Shown: positions 39,511-52,493, numbered from the stretch's first letter. The stretch: DNA of 64,000 bases from Mobula birostris (GCF_030028105.1 NC_092397.1:25058630-25122629), one strand, 5' to 3'. Notes: generated by a model from the letters alone, not told the origin. Translations and numbers: made by a program.

Positions 39511-40004
39511 CTGTACCCGTCAGTCTCTGGTACAGTGTGAGAGTGTGGGGTTCATTCTGTCTCTGTCAGTCTCTGGTACAGTGTGAGAGTGTGGGGTTCA
39601 TTCTGTGCCCGTCAGTCTCTGGTACAGCGTGAGAGTGTGGGGTTCATTCTGTACCCGTCAGTCTCTGGTACAGCGTGAGAGTGTGGGGTTCATTCTGTAC
39701 CCGTCAGTCTCTGGTACAGTGCGAAAGTGTGGGGATCATTCTGTACCCGTCAGTCTCTGGTACAGTGTGAGAGTGTGGGGTTCATTCTGTACCCGTCATT
39801 CTCTGGTACAGTGTGAGAGTGTGGGGTTCATTCTCTACCTGTCAGTCTCTGGTACAGTGCGAGAGTGTGGGGTTCATTCTGTACCTGTCCGTCTCTGGTA
39901 CAGTGCGAGAGTGTGGGGTTCATTCTGTCCCTGTCAGTCTCTGGTACAGTGCGAGAGTATGGGGTTCATTCTGTACCTGTCAGTCTCTGGTATAGTGTGA
40001 GAGT
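39511..40004. repeat. 46-bp minisatellite, ~10.7 copies
   Basis: Unit CTGTACCCGTCAGTCTCTGGTACAGTGTGAGAGTGTGGGGTTCATT at 39511, 39557 ... 39971. Confidence 0.97.
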
Positions 40005-40109
40005 TGGACTTCGCAATGTATCTTCCAATCTCTCATGCAGTGTAAATTTATAACGTTCTTAGAGACTCATTCTTACAATTGAACTCTTTGATTAAATCAA
40101 GTTTGCTTT

Positions 40110-40580
40110 TTAAGTAAAATCATACAATGCGATGAGGCTACACAGCTTGGAAGAACAATATTTTCTGTCTGGGTAACTTTCGAACTGATAGCATGAACAT
40201 TAAATTTTCAAACTTCTGGTAATGCTCCCTCCCCCTCACCAATTCTCATCCCCTTTTCTTCTCTCATCTTGCCCACCCATCACCTCCCTCTTGTGCTCCT
40301 CCCCCCTTTTCTTCCATGGCCTTTTCTCTCTTTCACCAATCAACTTCCCAGCTCTTTACTTCATTCCTCCCCTTTCAGGGTTCACCGATCACCTTGTTTT
40401 CTCTCATCCCTACCCCCACCTTTTAAATCTATTCCTCGTCTTTTCATCTCCAGTCTTGCCGAAGGGTTTTGTACGGAAACTTTGACTGTAGTTTTTTGTT
40501 CTACAGGTGCTACCTGGCCTGCTCAGTTCTTTTGTCTGTGTTGATTGGATTTGCAGCAACTGCAGATTTTCTCCTGTTTG
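40110..40580 (+). mobile_element. Penelope-like element 3' terminal fragment
   Basis: Resembles the GIY-YIG C-terminus (LEEQ...MNI.FSNF), followed by a pyrimidine tract and a decayed hammerhead motif. Confidence 0.75.
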
Positions 40581-41876
40581 TGCCACAATGCTGTACATCA
40601 GTGTATCAGCGATGATGTGTCTGGTTACATTGTACTAATCTGAATGGACTGTGGAGCAGAGCCTCCAGAGCAACAAGTCCAGACTATTGAATCCAACTCT
40701 GGTCTTGTGATAAATATGTAACTTTCCTCGAGTCTCTGCATGGCACGGGGTGGGGGGGGGGGGGGGGGGTTGAATGGTGTGTAGCGTGTAGCAACATTCG
40801 GGCTGATGGAATTGAGAATGATTTTGACTGTAGATACGTAACCCATGTGTCCAGAGTGATCAGTGATGGGACCTCTGTCTGATCAGATTAAAACACACAT
40901 GGGCTGATCAGATCGCTGATGACACAAATGTGGGTGCATTTGTGGGTGGTGAGGAAGGTTGTCAAACAGACAGAACTGGATGTAGATCAATTGGAATCAT
41001 GGATGAGGAAATGGGGGACAGAGTTTAATCTGGACAAGTGTGAGGAGTTTACAGGTCCAATGTTGGAGGAAACTCCACAGTAAATGGCAACACCCTTGGA
41101 AGCACTGATATATCTTGATGTGTTTGTCCATAACATCCTGCAAGTGAAATTGAAAGGAAATAAACTGCTATAAAGATCACAGAGTGAGAGGACTTGGGGG
41201 GAAGCGGGTGTCTGTGTAGGGTAATGAAATGGGTGGAAACACGCAGAATTAACAACCACCAACATTGAGCTGTGTTTCTCTTTAAGAGGCTGGACAGATG
41301 TTATGATGTAATTAGGTGATTTTTTTAAAACCGTGCTTTGTTTCTGTGTTTGGAGAACAATAAATGAGTCGTTATAGTTGTCCTTAAACATAAAATGCCT
41401 CATGCCATTTTATTTGCAAAAACCCACAATAACATACTGGGTACCAGTAGCATTCACACCACAAGAATACCGCAGTGTCAACCTGCACCCAGAAAGCCTG
41501 ATCACATTCTCTTCAGCTTCAATGGTATTGCTGACTCTGAGTTTACCATGGTCGAATGCCAGCAGGGTCATAATCAGCAGAAACTCTCACAAAGCAGCTC
41601 TGTTTGTATTGTGTGCTTTAGTAGGTCTGTGGGAGATACCCAGAATGTGAAACTATACTAATGGAGAGAGACACACTGACCCAAGTCACAGCTTGATGGG
41701 CAGAGAGGAAAACAGAGAATTTGATGTTGTGTCCTGATGCCTGAACTATGCCCAGTTACAAATGTTGATCCTCCAAACTGTGTTCAGCCTCACTGTAACA
41801 GTGTGACATCAGACATCAACATGAAAACTAAAATAATCTCAGCTGAGGTGTATTCTCTTTCACCTGTGATCTTCTT

Positions 41877-42650
41877 TGCAAACATTTTACAGGGCAGAAA
41901 AGACAGAATTTTTTGTCTGAGAATCTCAAACACAACAGTGTGTCGGTTCTCACGTGTTTGTCAGTTCCCCAACATTCGAATGCTACCAACCATTGAATGT
42001 GAAGGATGAGATGGTTGAGAAGACAGCACACCAGTCTTTGCAAGGAGAACCCCAATACGTGGACATGTCCTTGATCTGACCTGATAAATGGCCAGTGTTG
42101 ATACTGGTGAGCTGACATTCACCGCAAGGGATTCACCAGGCCACTGCACCCGCAGATACACCAGCAAGTTCACACGGGAAGAGGCCATTCACCTGCTCCG
42201 TGTGTGGGACAGGATTCATTCAGTCACATGAGCTCTTACAACACCAGCCAGTTCACACGGGAAGAGGCCATTCACCTGCTCTGTGCATGGGACGGGATTG
42301 ATTCAGTCACATGACCTCTTACAACACTAGCAAGTTCACACGGGGAGAGGACATTCACCTGCTCCCTGTGTGGGGCGGGATTTATTCAGTCACATGAGCT
42401 ATTACAATACCAGGCAGTTCACGCCGGTGAGCAGCTGTACTTGGCTCTGTTGTCTCGGTCTCTCAGTATAGCTTCACACCTGCTCCGAGTGTGGGAGGAG
42501 ATTCATTCAGTTAACCCACTTTGTGAGGCTCCAGTGAGTTTATAATACATAGAGGACACACTTCGGTCTTGTGTCGGTAAGGAAGTTTATGCAGTCATCC
42601 CACCTGCTGAAACACTGGCAACTTCACAGCAGGGAGGAAGTTGAAATAAG
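41877..42650 (+). pseudogene. C2H2 zinc-finger array pseudogene (about 6 degenerate fingers)
   Basis: Acceptor TTTTACAG at ~41892; ~84-bp repeats of [22 protein letters not shown] with frameshifts at 42176 and 42259 and in-frame stops. Confidence 0.88.
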
Positions 42651-43429
42651 CTCCATGTGAACATTTTAATCATCATGGTGACTGAATCTAGTTGGAAGTT
42701 CATGTGAGACTGTTAGTGTCAGATTCTGCAGATATTGCAACTGATCACTGAGCATTGGAGGGTTCGTTCTGCTGATGTTAGTTTTAAACAACACTGGTGT
42801 TTAATATTGTGGATCTGTGACACATTAATCAGTTCTATTTCAGATCCTGTGTCTCAGGTGCTTCCTGCCTGTCACACAGCTAATGTACAGTAGACAGGCC
42901 ACTCAGTTCATCTGGTACCTGCTCATATTCCTGTTGCACAGCAGAGCTTTCAAACCCATCCCTGCCGTTCACCACTCACTCACCCTATAAAATTCAGCTT
43001 GCAACTGCTCACCGGTCTGTGAATGAACAGGTTTACTTTGAATTAAATCCCGAACTTTCTGGAAACTGCAGAAGATGAATTCACAAGGGTTTTGTCCCAA
43101 ATATTCCTCATCCCTCACAGCTCTGGACCAAGGATGAAGTGTTGTGGTTAAAATCTTCCTGTCCCGCTCTGTTCATTGTTGTGTGTTATTTTCACTGATT
43201 TCGAAGGGCTGTGCCTCACCCTGCCGGGCTGTTGCAATACAACACTCTCCTCTAAAGTACGACAGCAGAATGGTGGAGCAGAAACAAGAGGGGTCAGCAC
43301 AAATGAGGGCTTTGGGGCTCCAGATGTGATGGAGGCTCGAGTTTACGTGGAGTAGGAGGAGGGAATCAGACCAGGAGGATGAGGCTGCAAATGAAAGTTC
43401 AGCAACATTTGGAAACTGATTGATAAAAA

Positions 43430-44240
43430 GAGGTTTATGTTTGCAAAGTGCTGGAGGGAGTCAGTGGCCCTGGCAGCATCTATGCGAAGGAATAAATAGT
43501 TGATATTATGGGCCAAGACACTTCATCCTATCTAGACTGTTTATTCCTCTGTTTAGCTGCTGCCTGACCTGCTGAGTTCCCGCAGTACTTGGTGTGTGTC
43601 AGTTTACAGTTTATTCCCAGCATCTGCTGAACCTCGAGTTTCATATCTGCATTTCAAAGTGAGTGGGACTTTGACAGTTGTCACACAAAGTGCCTGTTGA
43701 CATTGAGAAATAAACAGGAGAAAATCTGCAGATGCTGGAAATTCAAGGAACACACACAACATGCTGGAGAAACTCTGCAGGCCAGGCAGCATCTGTGGAT
43801 AAAAGTACAGCTGACATTTTGGGCCGAGATTCTTCAGCAGGACTGGAGAAAAAACAATGAGGAGTAAATTTTAAAGGTGGGGGAGGGGAGAGAGAAACAC
43901 AAAGTGACAGGTGGAACTGGGAGGGGGAGGGATGAAGTAAAGAGCTGGGAAGTTGTTTGGTGAAAGAGATACAGGGCTGGAGAAGGGGGAATCTGACAGG
44001 AGAGAACAGGAGGCCATGGATAAAAGAAAAGGGGTGGGGGGGGGGGGAGGAACACCGGAGGGAGGCGATAGGCAAACAATGAGAGGGAAAGGGGGATTGG
44101 GAATGTTGAGGGAGGGGACCGGAAGATCAAGAAATCAATGTTCATGCCATCAGGTTGGAGGCTGCCCAGACAGAATACAAGGTGCTGTTCCTCCTACCCG
44201 AGTGTGGCCTCATTGCGACAGTATACGAGGCCATGGATTG
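43430..44240 (-). mobile_element. Penelope-like terminal fragments, including a fold-back at 43440-43630
   Basis: EQHLV.CLGSLQPDGMNIDF; repeated GCTGCCTG..CTGCTGAGTT termini. Confidence 0.8.
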
Positions 44241-46345
44241 ACGTCTCCATTGAGTATATTGTTTGTGAAAGCTTGCTGTGTTCAAGTAGCTGCGGAGTTT
44301 TCTGCATAAAATCATTGACTGATTTTGAAACATGTGGCGTGGAACCAGCACTTGCCCCTCAAATTAATCCAGTCTGTTAACAACAGCACATCACCTCCCT
44401 TTTCCAAAATACAATTCAACCACACTATCACCATCCATTCCGTAAGTTTACACAAATGGGACGTCAGTGATATTGGTCTATAACTAGGAGGATCCAACAG
44501 GGGTTTCCCAGGTTTTAGAATAGACCCTACAATTGCCATTTTCCATGAGGAGGGAAAATGGCCTGAATTCCAATTATGATTCAGAAATGTAATATTATCT
44601 CAAGAGAGCTGTTGGCCATATGTTTAAACATGCAATAACATGTATCTGTTGCACAGATGTGGTTGGGGATGAACCCAAGTGCAGGACACAGGCGCTGAAG
44701 CAGAGTCGTGAGGCGTTAGCACCGCCGTGAACAGGGAACCGGTATCCAGGAGAGTCTTTACACAGAGACAAGGGTCACGTAGAGTATCCAGCAAACGATG
44801 CGAACTTAAAACTGACAGTCCTCAGGAATCAGATTTACTCACATGAGAGTTGACCAATGAACTGGCAGCTCCTTGTTGTGATCACAGTGTCTTTATCCTG
44901 CATTTCCTAATGGAAAGCAGGCGTGTGCAGTTAGTGGAACCTGGGAATGATTGGAAATTCAATGAGGGAATTGAGGCCCAATTGCTGAGGTAACTAGCAA
45001 AGTGGGGGATTTCCAGAAGGGACCATGACAGTATCATCCTTTCCCGGAGCCGCCTCACCTGTTCTATTAATAACTTTCTTCAATTCACACAAAGAAAACT
45101 CTACATCGCTATCACTGCTACAGCTGGTTTCCAAAACATCGGGGTATTCTCTTAAAACCTTATCCTTACATTGTTTAGTGTTTTCATTATTTTGATTATG
45201 AATTGCAGAAAATGACCGAGCCAGTAACTAATCGCTCTCCATTTCAGTAACAATTGTATTACCTTCTTTAATCAACATTCGGAACCCTATGAATCCCACA
45301 CCCCCATTTTCTTAGTCATTCCCCAAACATCTTCAAGTTTAATATTCCTTCCAATACTTTTACAATATAACCTCCAGTAAATCTTTTTCACAAGCTTCAT
45401 TACTTTCCTCACCACGGCCTGTGACCTGTTACACTTAATATGATCACGCGGAGAGTGATACTTAACTTTCCAAAATGCCACGTTTCTCTCAGTAACTGCC
45501 TCTGCACACTCCTCTGTCCACCACGGTACAGCTTTTCTCCCACTAATGCACTTTTTAAATTGAATCTCTTCCACCACTATTTGATGAATAATGTCACAAC
45601 GTTTCTTTGCAGAAATCCACATCATCCTCACCATTCAGCCCAGACAGACGCTCAGCACATAAAACATTCAAACTTCTCCCAATTTGCTTTACCGGAGTTC
45701 CACCTCCTAAAAGTGGCCTCATGCCCCCTATATAAATCCAAACTCAAGCTTATAAACATAGGAAAATGATCACTCCCCAATACTTCATCTCCCATGACAT
45801 ACCACTTATCTACTGCAGCCTGAATGTTTGAAATTAAAGTTCAATTTACAGCAGTTTCAGAACTATTATGAACTTCAAATCTCGCAACTCTCCCACCAGT
45901 AAGACACACAAGATGTGAACTATCTAAAACTCTTCTACAATCAAACCATCGCCATCATTCTGAGAACAACCCCACAGTGAACTGTATGCATGAAAATCCC
46001 CACACCATACAACCCTTAGTGATCTAGAGCTACATATACTGTCCAACAAATCAATCGAAAGCATTCCACAATGGTTATAATAATATACCACTTTAATGTC
46101 CCTACCTGTAGAATCAAATATTTCTACAAGTGCCTCATACATATCATTTACATCCACAACTCTTTATAAAACTTGCAACACCACTTCCTGTACCAACTAA
46201 TCTATCATGCCTAATTACAATTTAATCCTGTAAGGAAGAATTTAAATGCGGTAACGACCAGGTTTCCTCAATATATACAACGTCAGATAATTTGATAAAT
46301 CAGAAATAAACTTGGAGTCTTCATCATCAAAAATCAGGCTTCTAG
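44240..46345 (-). mobile_element. I/Nimb-type LINE ORF2 remnant (AP endonuclease plus RT start)
   Basis: RSLI...D.V.IEETW, VWCGDFHAYSSLWG, VPWWTEEC, KPGK..DP.SYRPISLTS. Confidence 0.75.
44647..45030. mobile_element. Solo LTR (TG...CA) with 5-bp target-site duplication GTATC
   Basis: GTATC|TGTTG...ATGACA|GTATC; it splits the host LINE frame APGKDD/TCYCMFKH. Confidence 0.8.
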
Positions 46346-46350
46346 AAATA

Positions 46351-46760
46351 CGCCCAATCGCCCTTCCTTATAGAGTCTGGAGGAATGTAGTGGGGCGTTT
46401 ATGATTGGTGAAATGGTGTCTTATCTGATTGGAAAGAACAAATATTCCAATCAGAGAGCTGTCTTATTCACCAATCAAGAGACAGCAACGGTAGAAGCGT
46501 GGAAAATAACAGTTTAACAACCGAAATAAACTGAAATTTGCAAAAGACCGCCAAAAAAGCCGTTGTTGTTGAAATTAAACAACAGGTTTGTTTGTCGAAC
46601 CTTTAACCCCGTCACTGAAGTCCGAGACATTTAAACCAAGTGTAGTTAATACTGCGATGGTGTCTGGGAATTTAGTTCACCGATTTCTTTCAATTGATAA
46701 ACGATTGGAATAAAACCGATTGTCAACTTCTGTCCGCGGTCGGTCATTGTGAACGGGTCG
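46351..46760 (-). promoter_or_regulatory. Orphan H2A-type promoter (H2A CDS lost)
   Basis: Colinear with 37560-37990: TATA, two ATTGG, two CCAAT, AGAAGCG.GGAAA.TAAC, CTGAAATTT...CCGCCAAAAAA. Confidence 0.85.
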
Positions 46761-47149
46761 CCCTTCAGAAAGTGGAGCTTTAACAAATACTCTAAACAAA
46801 CCGTGAGTGTCCAGCTCTCGTGTTGGAATGGGGTTAAGAGAAGTAACCAAAATGGGACAAAGTTTACTGAACCGCATTCCCCATGGTCATTAAACCAGAA
46901 ACAACAATTAGTGTCTTCTTCAGGGAAATCTGATGACCGAGGGGAAATGATGAGGAAGGGGTGTGTAACGATTCCGTGTCTGTGCAGTAGGCAGGAATAT
47001 AACAGTGAAATCGGGATTATACTGAGCAGCGGACAGCAAGTTCTGATTAACGGGGATAAGATTCTGAATGAGCATTTCAACAAAAAATTCCAAATTTACC
47101 TCAATTCCAAGTCGCAACATCGTGTAACTCTTTTAATGAAACTGTGAGT

Positions 47150-47165
47150 GGCTCTTAAAAGAGCC
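47150..47165 (-). terminator. Histone 3' stem-loop (second H2B)
   Basis: Minus strand GGCTCTTTTAAGAGCC. Confidence 0.95.
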
Positions 47166-47202
47166 TTTGATTTTCCGGTTTGTTCTGTCAGTAAACTTGT
47201 CT

Positions 47203-47577
47203 TCACTTGGAGCTGGTGTACTTGGTCACCGCCTTTGTCCCTTCGGACACGGCGTGCTTGGCCAGCTCCCCGGGCAGCAGCAGCCGCACGGCGGTCTGGA
47301 TCTCCCGGGAGCTGATGGTTGACCGCTTGTTGTAATGGGCCAGGCGGGAAGCCTCGCCCGCGATGCGCTCGAAAATATCGTTGACGAATGAATTCATGAT
47401 GCTCATGGCCTTGGAGGAGATGCCGGTGTCGGGGTGAACCTGCTTCATCACTTTGTAGATGTAGATGGCGTAAGTCTCCTTCCTCGACCTCTTGCGCTTC
47501 TTGCCAGTCTTGCTCGCTGGTTTGGACAAAGCTTTCTTGGCGCCCTTCTTGGGAGCGGGTTTCGCTGGATCAGGCAT
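47203..47577 (-). CDS. H2B: Histone H2B (second paralog)
   Basis: MPDPAK... 124 aa; ATG at 47577; octamer-like ATGTTAAT at 47655. Confidence 0.98.
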   Translation of the reverse strand: MPDPAKPAPKKGAKKALSKPASKTGKKRKRSRKETYAIYIYKVMKQVHPDTGISSKAMSIMNSFVNDIFERIAGEASRLAHYNKRSTISSREIQTAVRLLLPGELAKHAVSEGTKAVTKYTSSK

Positions 47578-48008
47578 TTTCTCGTCGGTTTCAAACACAA
47601 TAATAAGCAGAAGCTGTTCGGAGCGCGGATTAAATAGGCAGCGCCCAAAGCGGTATGTTAATGAGGATGGGAATTCTGAGAATTTCCATTGGCTGTTTGG
47701 AGAAATGAATCACCAATCGGAACGCTGGGGGATGGGAAGCGGCGCCAATGGGCGGGGTTTACCGCTGTCGTTTGATGCAGGGGGAAGTACTGAAGGGCAG
47801 AGACAGGTCGGGCTGCGGGCTGAAATTAAAAAGGGAAGGGCAAATTTCAAAAGCAGAATTAAATAAAATCAGATGAAATATTGTAAAATTAAACACTGAG
47901 AGGTTTAGTTCATGATATAGGGCTGCAGGAGAGCGAAGGAGAGATGTGAACATTTCAATGTAAAGTTCAAATCGAGTTTATTTATGCACAGGTGAAATGT
48001 ACAGTACA

Positions 48009-48500
48009 TGTGGGCTAGGAGAGATAAGGCTGCAGAGTTTAGTATGATGAGATATGTGGGGCTATGGTGGATAGGGTAGTGTAGTGTAGCCACTTTAATC
48101 TGGCCTATGCCCTTCATTAACATGGCCTGACACCACTTGGCTTAATGAACCGGGTGTTGCAAAGGGACACATCGTCAGTAATACAACTTAGGGTCATTGG
48201 GTGTTTCGGGTCTTTAATCATGAGCCATCCTCGCCCAGGTGACCCAGCCAGGGTTGATCAGGCACAGCTTCTGTTTATTCCATGGACCAAGATAATAAGA
48301 GGCATGTAATTCTGCATGTTGTGGGTATTTAGACCTTGTTACTTGGCTTTATTTTGATCATTTGGGTAATAGAATGTTCTGAGGCCTAGTAATCAGGCTT
48401 TACCTCCAAGTAAGGTTCAACCTCCGTACTTCAAATTTATACCTGTCTTTATTTTGCATCTGTATGCCTGGGACTGCATGGATAAACAGTGTTTACTGCA
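48009..48500. mobile_element. Probable solo LTR (TG...CA) with 5-bp target-site duplication GTACA
   Basis: GTACA|TGTGGG...ACTGCA|GTACA. Confidence 0.6.
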
Positions 48501-49235
48501 GTACAAAGTAGTGATTAGGGTTGTGCAGATTGGTCCATAATTCCAAAATGCAAAAATCTCTGAAATCCAGAATTTTTTGTGCTGACATGATGTCACAAAT
48601 GGAGAATTTTACTCAGGGTTATATGGCTTGTCTAATGAAGAGAGTTTCACAGCTCACTGGAACTTCAAAGAAAGAAGGGTTACCAAATTGAAACCCAACA
48701 AATAGTGAAAAGGCTTAACTGAGTGCACGTGGAGAGGGTTTCTCCTGTGGTGGGAATATCTAAAACTGGACCACACAGCTTCACAATAGAGGGTCATCCT
48801 TTTAGAATGGAGATGAGGAGGAATTTCTTCAGCCAGGGAGTGGTGAATCTGTGAATTTTTTTGCTACAGGCAGCTGTGGAGGCCAAATCACTGGGTATAG
48901 GCAGAGACTGATAGATTCTTAATTGGTCAGGGCATGAAGGGATACAAGGGAAGTCAGGAGATTGGGGATAAGAGGAAAAATTGATCTGTGATGATGAAAT
49001 GTCAGAGAAGGCTCGACAGGCAAAATGGCCGAATTCTGCTCCTGTATCTTATGGTCTTATGGACTCACTTAGTGACTGAAACTCTCCCAGAGACTGTTGA
49101 TCTCAGCTTTGACTCAACCCAGCACCTGAGGCTCCACATTACTTATATAAGGAATACAGAAGTTCTTTGTTCTCTGATTAAAGAAATATCATCTCATTTC
49201 CATCTTGAATGTTTGTCACCTCATTCTGAGCAACA

Positions 49236-49470
49236 GACACAAAATGCTGGAGGAAGTCAGCAGGCCAGGCAGCATCTATGGAAAAGAGTAACGAGTCGAT
49301 GCTTTGGGCTGAGAAGCTTCACCAGGGCAGGAACTGATGAAGGGTTTCAGCCCGAAGTGTTGACTGTTTACTCTTTTCCATAGGTTCTGCCTGTCCTGCT
49401 GAGTTCCTCCCGCATTTTGTGTGTGTTGCTTTGGATTTCCAGCGTCAGCAGATTCTCTTATGTTTGTGAT
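49236..49470. mobile_element. Fold-back Penelope terminal repeat with two opposed hammerhead-like motifs
   Basis: ACACAAAATGC...CAGCAGG.CAGGCAG...ATGGAAAAGAGTAA is mirrored by TTACTCTTTTCCAT...CTGCCTG.CCTGCTG...GCATTTTGTGT. Confidence 0.75.
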
Positions 49471-49744
49471 TTAGGCCTCATTCTGAAGGTATTTTCCTCA
49501 GTTATGGAGTTCTCATTCAGGGGAAAGATCCTCCTTGTCTACTGTCAGTCACATCATGAAAGAATCTAACAGATTTCCTCGTTTTCTCATGAACTGCAGG
49601 GAATGCAGACCCAGCCCACTCACTCTCCTCTCACATAACCAACCTTGCATCCCTGGAACCAGCCCAGTCAGTGTGGAGAACAGTCACTGCACTTGCTCTA
49701 TTGCAGGGATATCCTTCATGAAGAAGTGTGACTAAACCTGGGCA

Positions 49745-50240
49745 CAATGTGGTATGGAAGTTGTCCTGTCCAAGAGCGGAAGAAGCTGCAGAAGATTGTG
49801 AACACAGCGCAGCACATCACACAAACCAATCTTCCATCTTTGGACTCACTTTACACAGCACGCTGTCGGAGCAGTGCTGCCAGGATAATCAAGGACACGA
49901 CCACCCACCCAACACAGTTTTCGCCCCTCTTCCCTCTGGGAGAAGGCTCAGGAGCTTGAAGACTCGTGCGGCCAGATTTGGGAACAGCTTCTTTCCAACT
50001 GTGATAAGACTGCTGAACGGATTGTGACCTGGATCTGGGCCGTATCCTCCAAATATCCAGACCTGCCTCTCGGTTTTTTTGCACTACCTTACTTTCCATT
50101 TTCTATTTATGATTTATAATTTACATTTTTAATATTTACTATCGATTTGTACTCCAGGGAGTGGGAAGCACAGAATCAAATATCGCTGTGATGATTGTAC
50201 GTTCTAGTATCAATTGTTTGGTGATAATAAAGTATAAAGT
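49745..50240 (+). mobile_element. Rex1/Babar-type LINE 3' end
   Basis: WYGSC...KKLQKIVNTA; PLPSGRRLRS..TR.ARF.NSFFP; TAAAGTA tail. Confidence 0.85.
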
Positions 50241-51221
50241 ATACTTATATACTTAAAGTATACTCTCATTACTTGTTGTATCTGCATGTAAACTCAAGTG
50301 ATTTGTTCACAAGGACTCCCAGATCCCTCTGAACATCCTCATGTGGAAATGAGTCCCTCCCACTCTGCCACAGCAGCAGACATAGTTACTGAGTTATACA
50401 GCACAGAAACAGGCCCTTCAACCCAACACATCCATGCTGACCAAGTGGCCAAACAAAACCATCGTCAGTTGCCTGCATTTGGCCCATGTCCCTGTGAAAC
50501 TTCCCTCTCCACAGTCCAAGAGATATTGCAACTGTGCCCACCTACACCACCACTTGGGGTAGTTTGTTCCATGTAAACAGCACATTCTGTCAACAAGACC
50601 TCCTCCTCAGGGTCCCATTTAAAACTTCCCTCTCTCACTTTATACCTGTAATCTCCAGCTTTCAACTCAATGGCCCTGGAGATAACAGATTCACTATTGA
50701 CCGTATCTATGTCTGCCATTATTTTATGAGCCTCCCTAACGTCACATACACGCTGGTGAGAAAGGTCCTGGCCTATCCAGCCTCCTGTTCAATCCCTTTT
50801 GCACCCTCTCCAGTTTAATGTCACCCTCTGATCCCAGGGCAACTATAACTGTACTCCGTGCTCCAAGAGTAGTTTCCCCGAGGCTGGTAGAGCTGTAATG
50901 TGACGTCACAGTCCAGTGGCCGATACTCTACCCGATGAATGCGAGTGTGGCAAACAGCCTCTTCACCGTCCTGCCTACCTGTGTTTACACTCTGAAGGAA
51001 TTCAGGAGAAATCTGCAGATGCTGGAAATCCAAGCAACACACACAAACTGCTGAAGAAATTCAGCAGACCAGACAACATCGATGAAAAAGAGTAAACAGT
51101 CAACGTTTCCGACCGGTGCCCTTCGTCTGGACTGATATTGGTTCGTTACCTTACTACTGTGGTGGGACCATGCGGGAATTCATAGCTGACAACAGAAGCC
51201 CCGGATTGATATGCTTGGAAT

Positions 51222-52240
51222 AGTCGTAGTCATAGTCATAGTCATAGTCATACTTTATTGATCCTGGGAGAAATTGGTTTTCGTTACAGTGGCACCATAA
51301 ATAATAAATAGTAATAAAACCATAAATAGTTAAATAGTAATATGTAAATTATGCCAGGAAATAAGTCCAGGACCAGCCTATTGGCTCAGGGTGTCTGACC
51401 CTCCAAGGAAGGAGTTGTAAAGTTTGATGGCCACAGGCAGGAATGACTTCCTATGACGCTCTGTGTTGCATCTCGGTGGAATGAGTCTCTGGCTGAATGC
51501 ACTCCTGTGCCCACCCAGTACATTATGTAGTGGATGGGAGACATTGTCCAAGGTGGCATGCAACTTGGACAGCATCCTCTTTTCAGACACCACCGTCAGA
51601 GAGTCCAGTTCCATCCCCACAACATCACTGGCCTTACGAATGAGTTTGTTGATTCTATTGGTGTCTGCTACCCTCAGCCTGCTGCCCCAGCACACAACAG
51701 CAAACATGATAGCACTGGCCACCACAGACTCACAGAACATCCTTAGCATCGTTCGGCAGATGTTAAACGACCTCAGTCTCCTCAGGAAATAGAGACGGTT
51801 CTGACCCTTCTTGTAGACAGCCTCAGTGTTCTTTGACCAGTCCAGTTTATTGTCAATTCGTATCCCCAGGTATTTGTAGTCCTCCACCATATCCACACTG
51901 ACCCCCTGGATGGAAACAGGGGTCGCTGGTACCTTAGCTCTCCTCAGGTCTACCACCAGCTCCTCAGTCTTTTTCACATTAAGCTGCAGATAATTCTGCT
52001 CACACCATGTGACAAAGTTTCCTACCGTAGCCCTGTACTCAACCTCATCTCCCTTGCATCCAACTATGGCAGAGTCATCAGAAAACTTCTGAAGATGACA
52101 AGACTCTGTGCAGTAGTTGAAGTCCGAGGTGTAACTGGTGAAGAGAAAGGGTGACCAGACAGTCCCCTGTGGAGCCCGGTGCTGCGGATCACTCTGTCGG
52201 ACCCACAGTGTTGCAAGCACCCGTACTGTGGTCTGCCAAT
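51222..52240 (-). mobile_element. Young 5'-truncated Rex1/Babar LINE
   Basis: Open RT frame APQGTV.SPFLF...CHLQKFSDDSAIVGC; (TATGAC)n tail; absent from the left arm. Confidence 0.92.
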
Positions 52241-52493
52241 TAATGATGAACAACGAACAAGTAACAAAGAGCGGTGCTGAGATATAGATTCTCCGGGGAT
52301 ACTTGAGGAAAGAGGCTGACAGTAACGCCACTTTCTTCTCGGAAAACTCTACCATCCCGGGCTCACAGCAGCCCGAGCTATTCCACCTTCCCAATCCCCA
52401 ATGAACTGAATAGCGTAAACACAAATTTTTTGTCCCTTTTTATTTGTCTTTTTAATTCAGTACTTCCCTTGAAGAATGCAGTAAAATGTTTAC

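Noticed and set aside
39511-40004. CRISPR-like array, and ORFs 39605..40053
   Set aside because: Units are head-to-tail with no unique spacers, no cas genes and a eukaryotic context; the ORFs are repeat translations
40746-40769. Poly-G run (also 44031-44050) as a functional G-quadruplex
   Set aside because: Simple homopolymers within repeat-derived DNA; length is unreliable
41265-41435. Possible truncated LTR (CTTTAAGAGG...AATAAA...AACA)
   Set aside because: No clear 5' end or target-site duplication
51378-52424. 348-aa ORF as a chimeric host gene
   Set aside because: Rex1 RT fragment read through from tRNA flank; the N-terminal part is non-coding duplicate sequence
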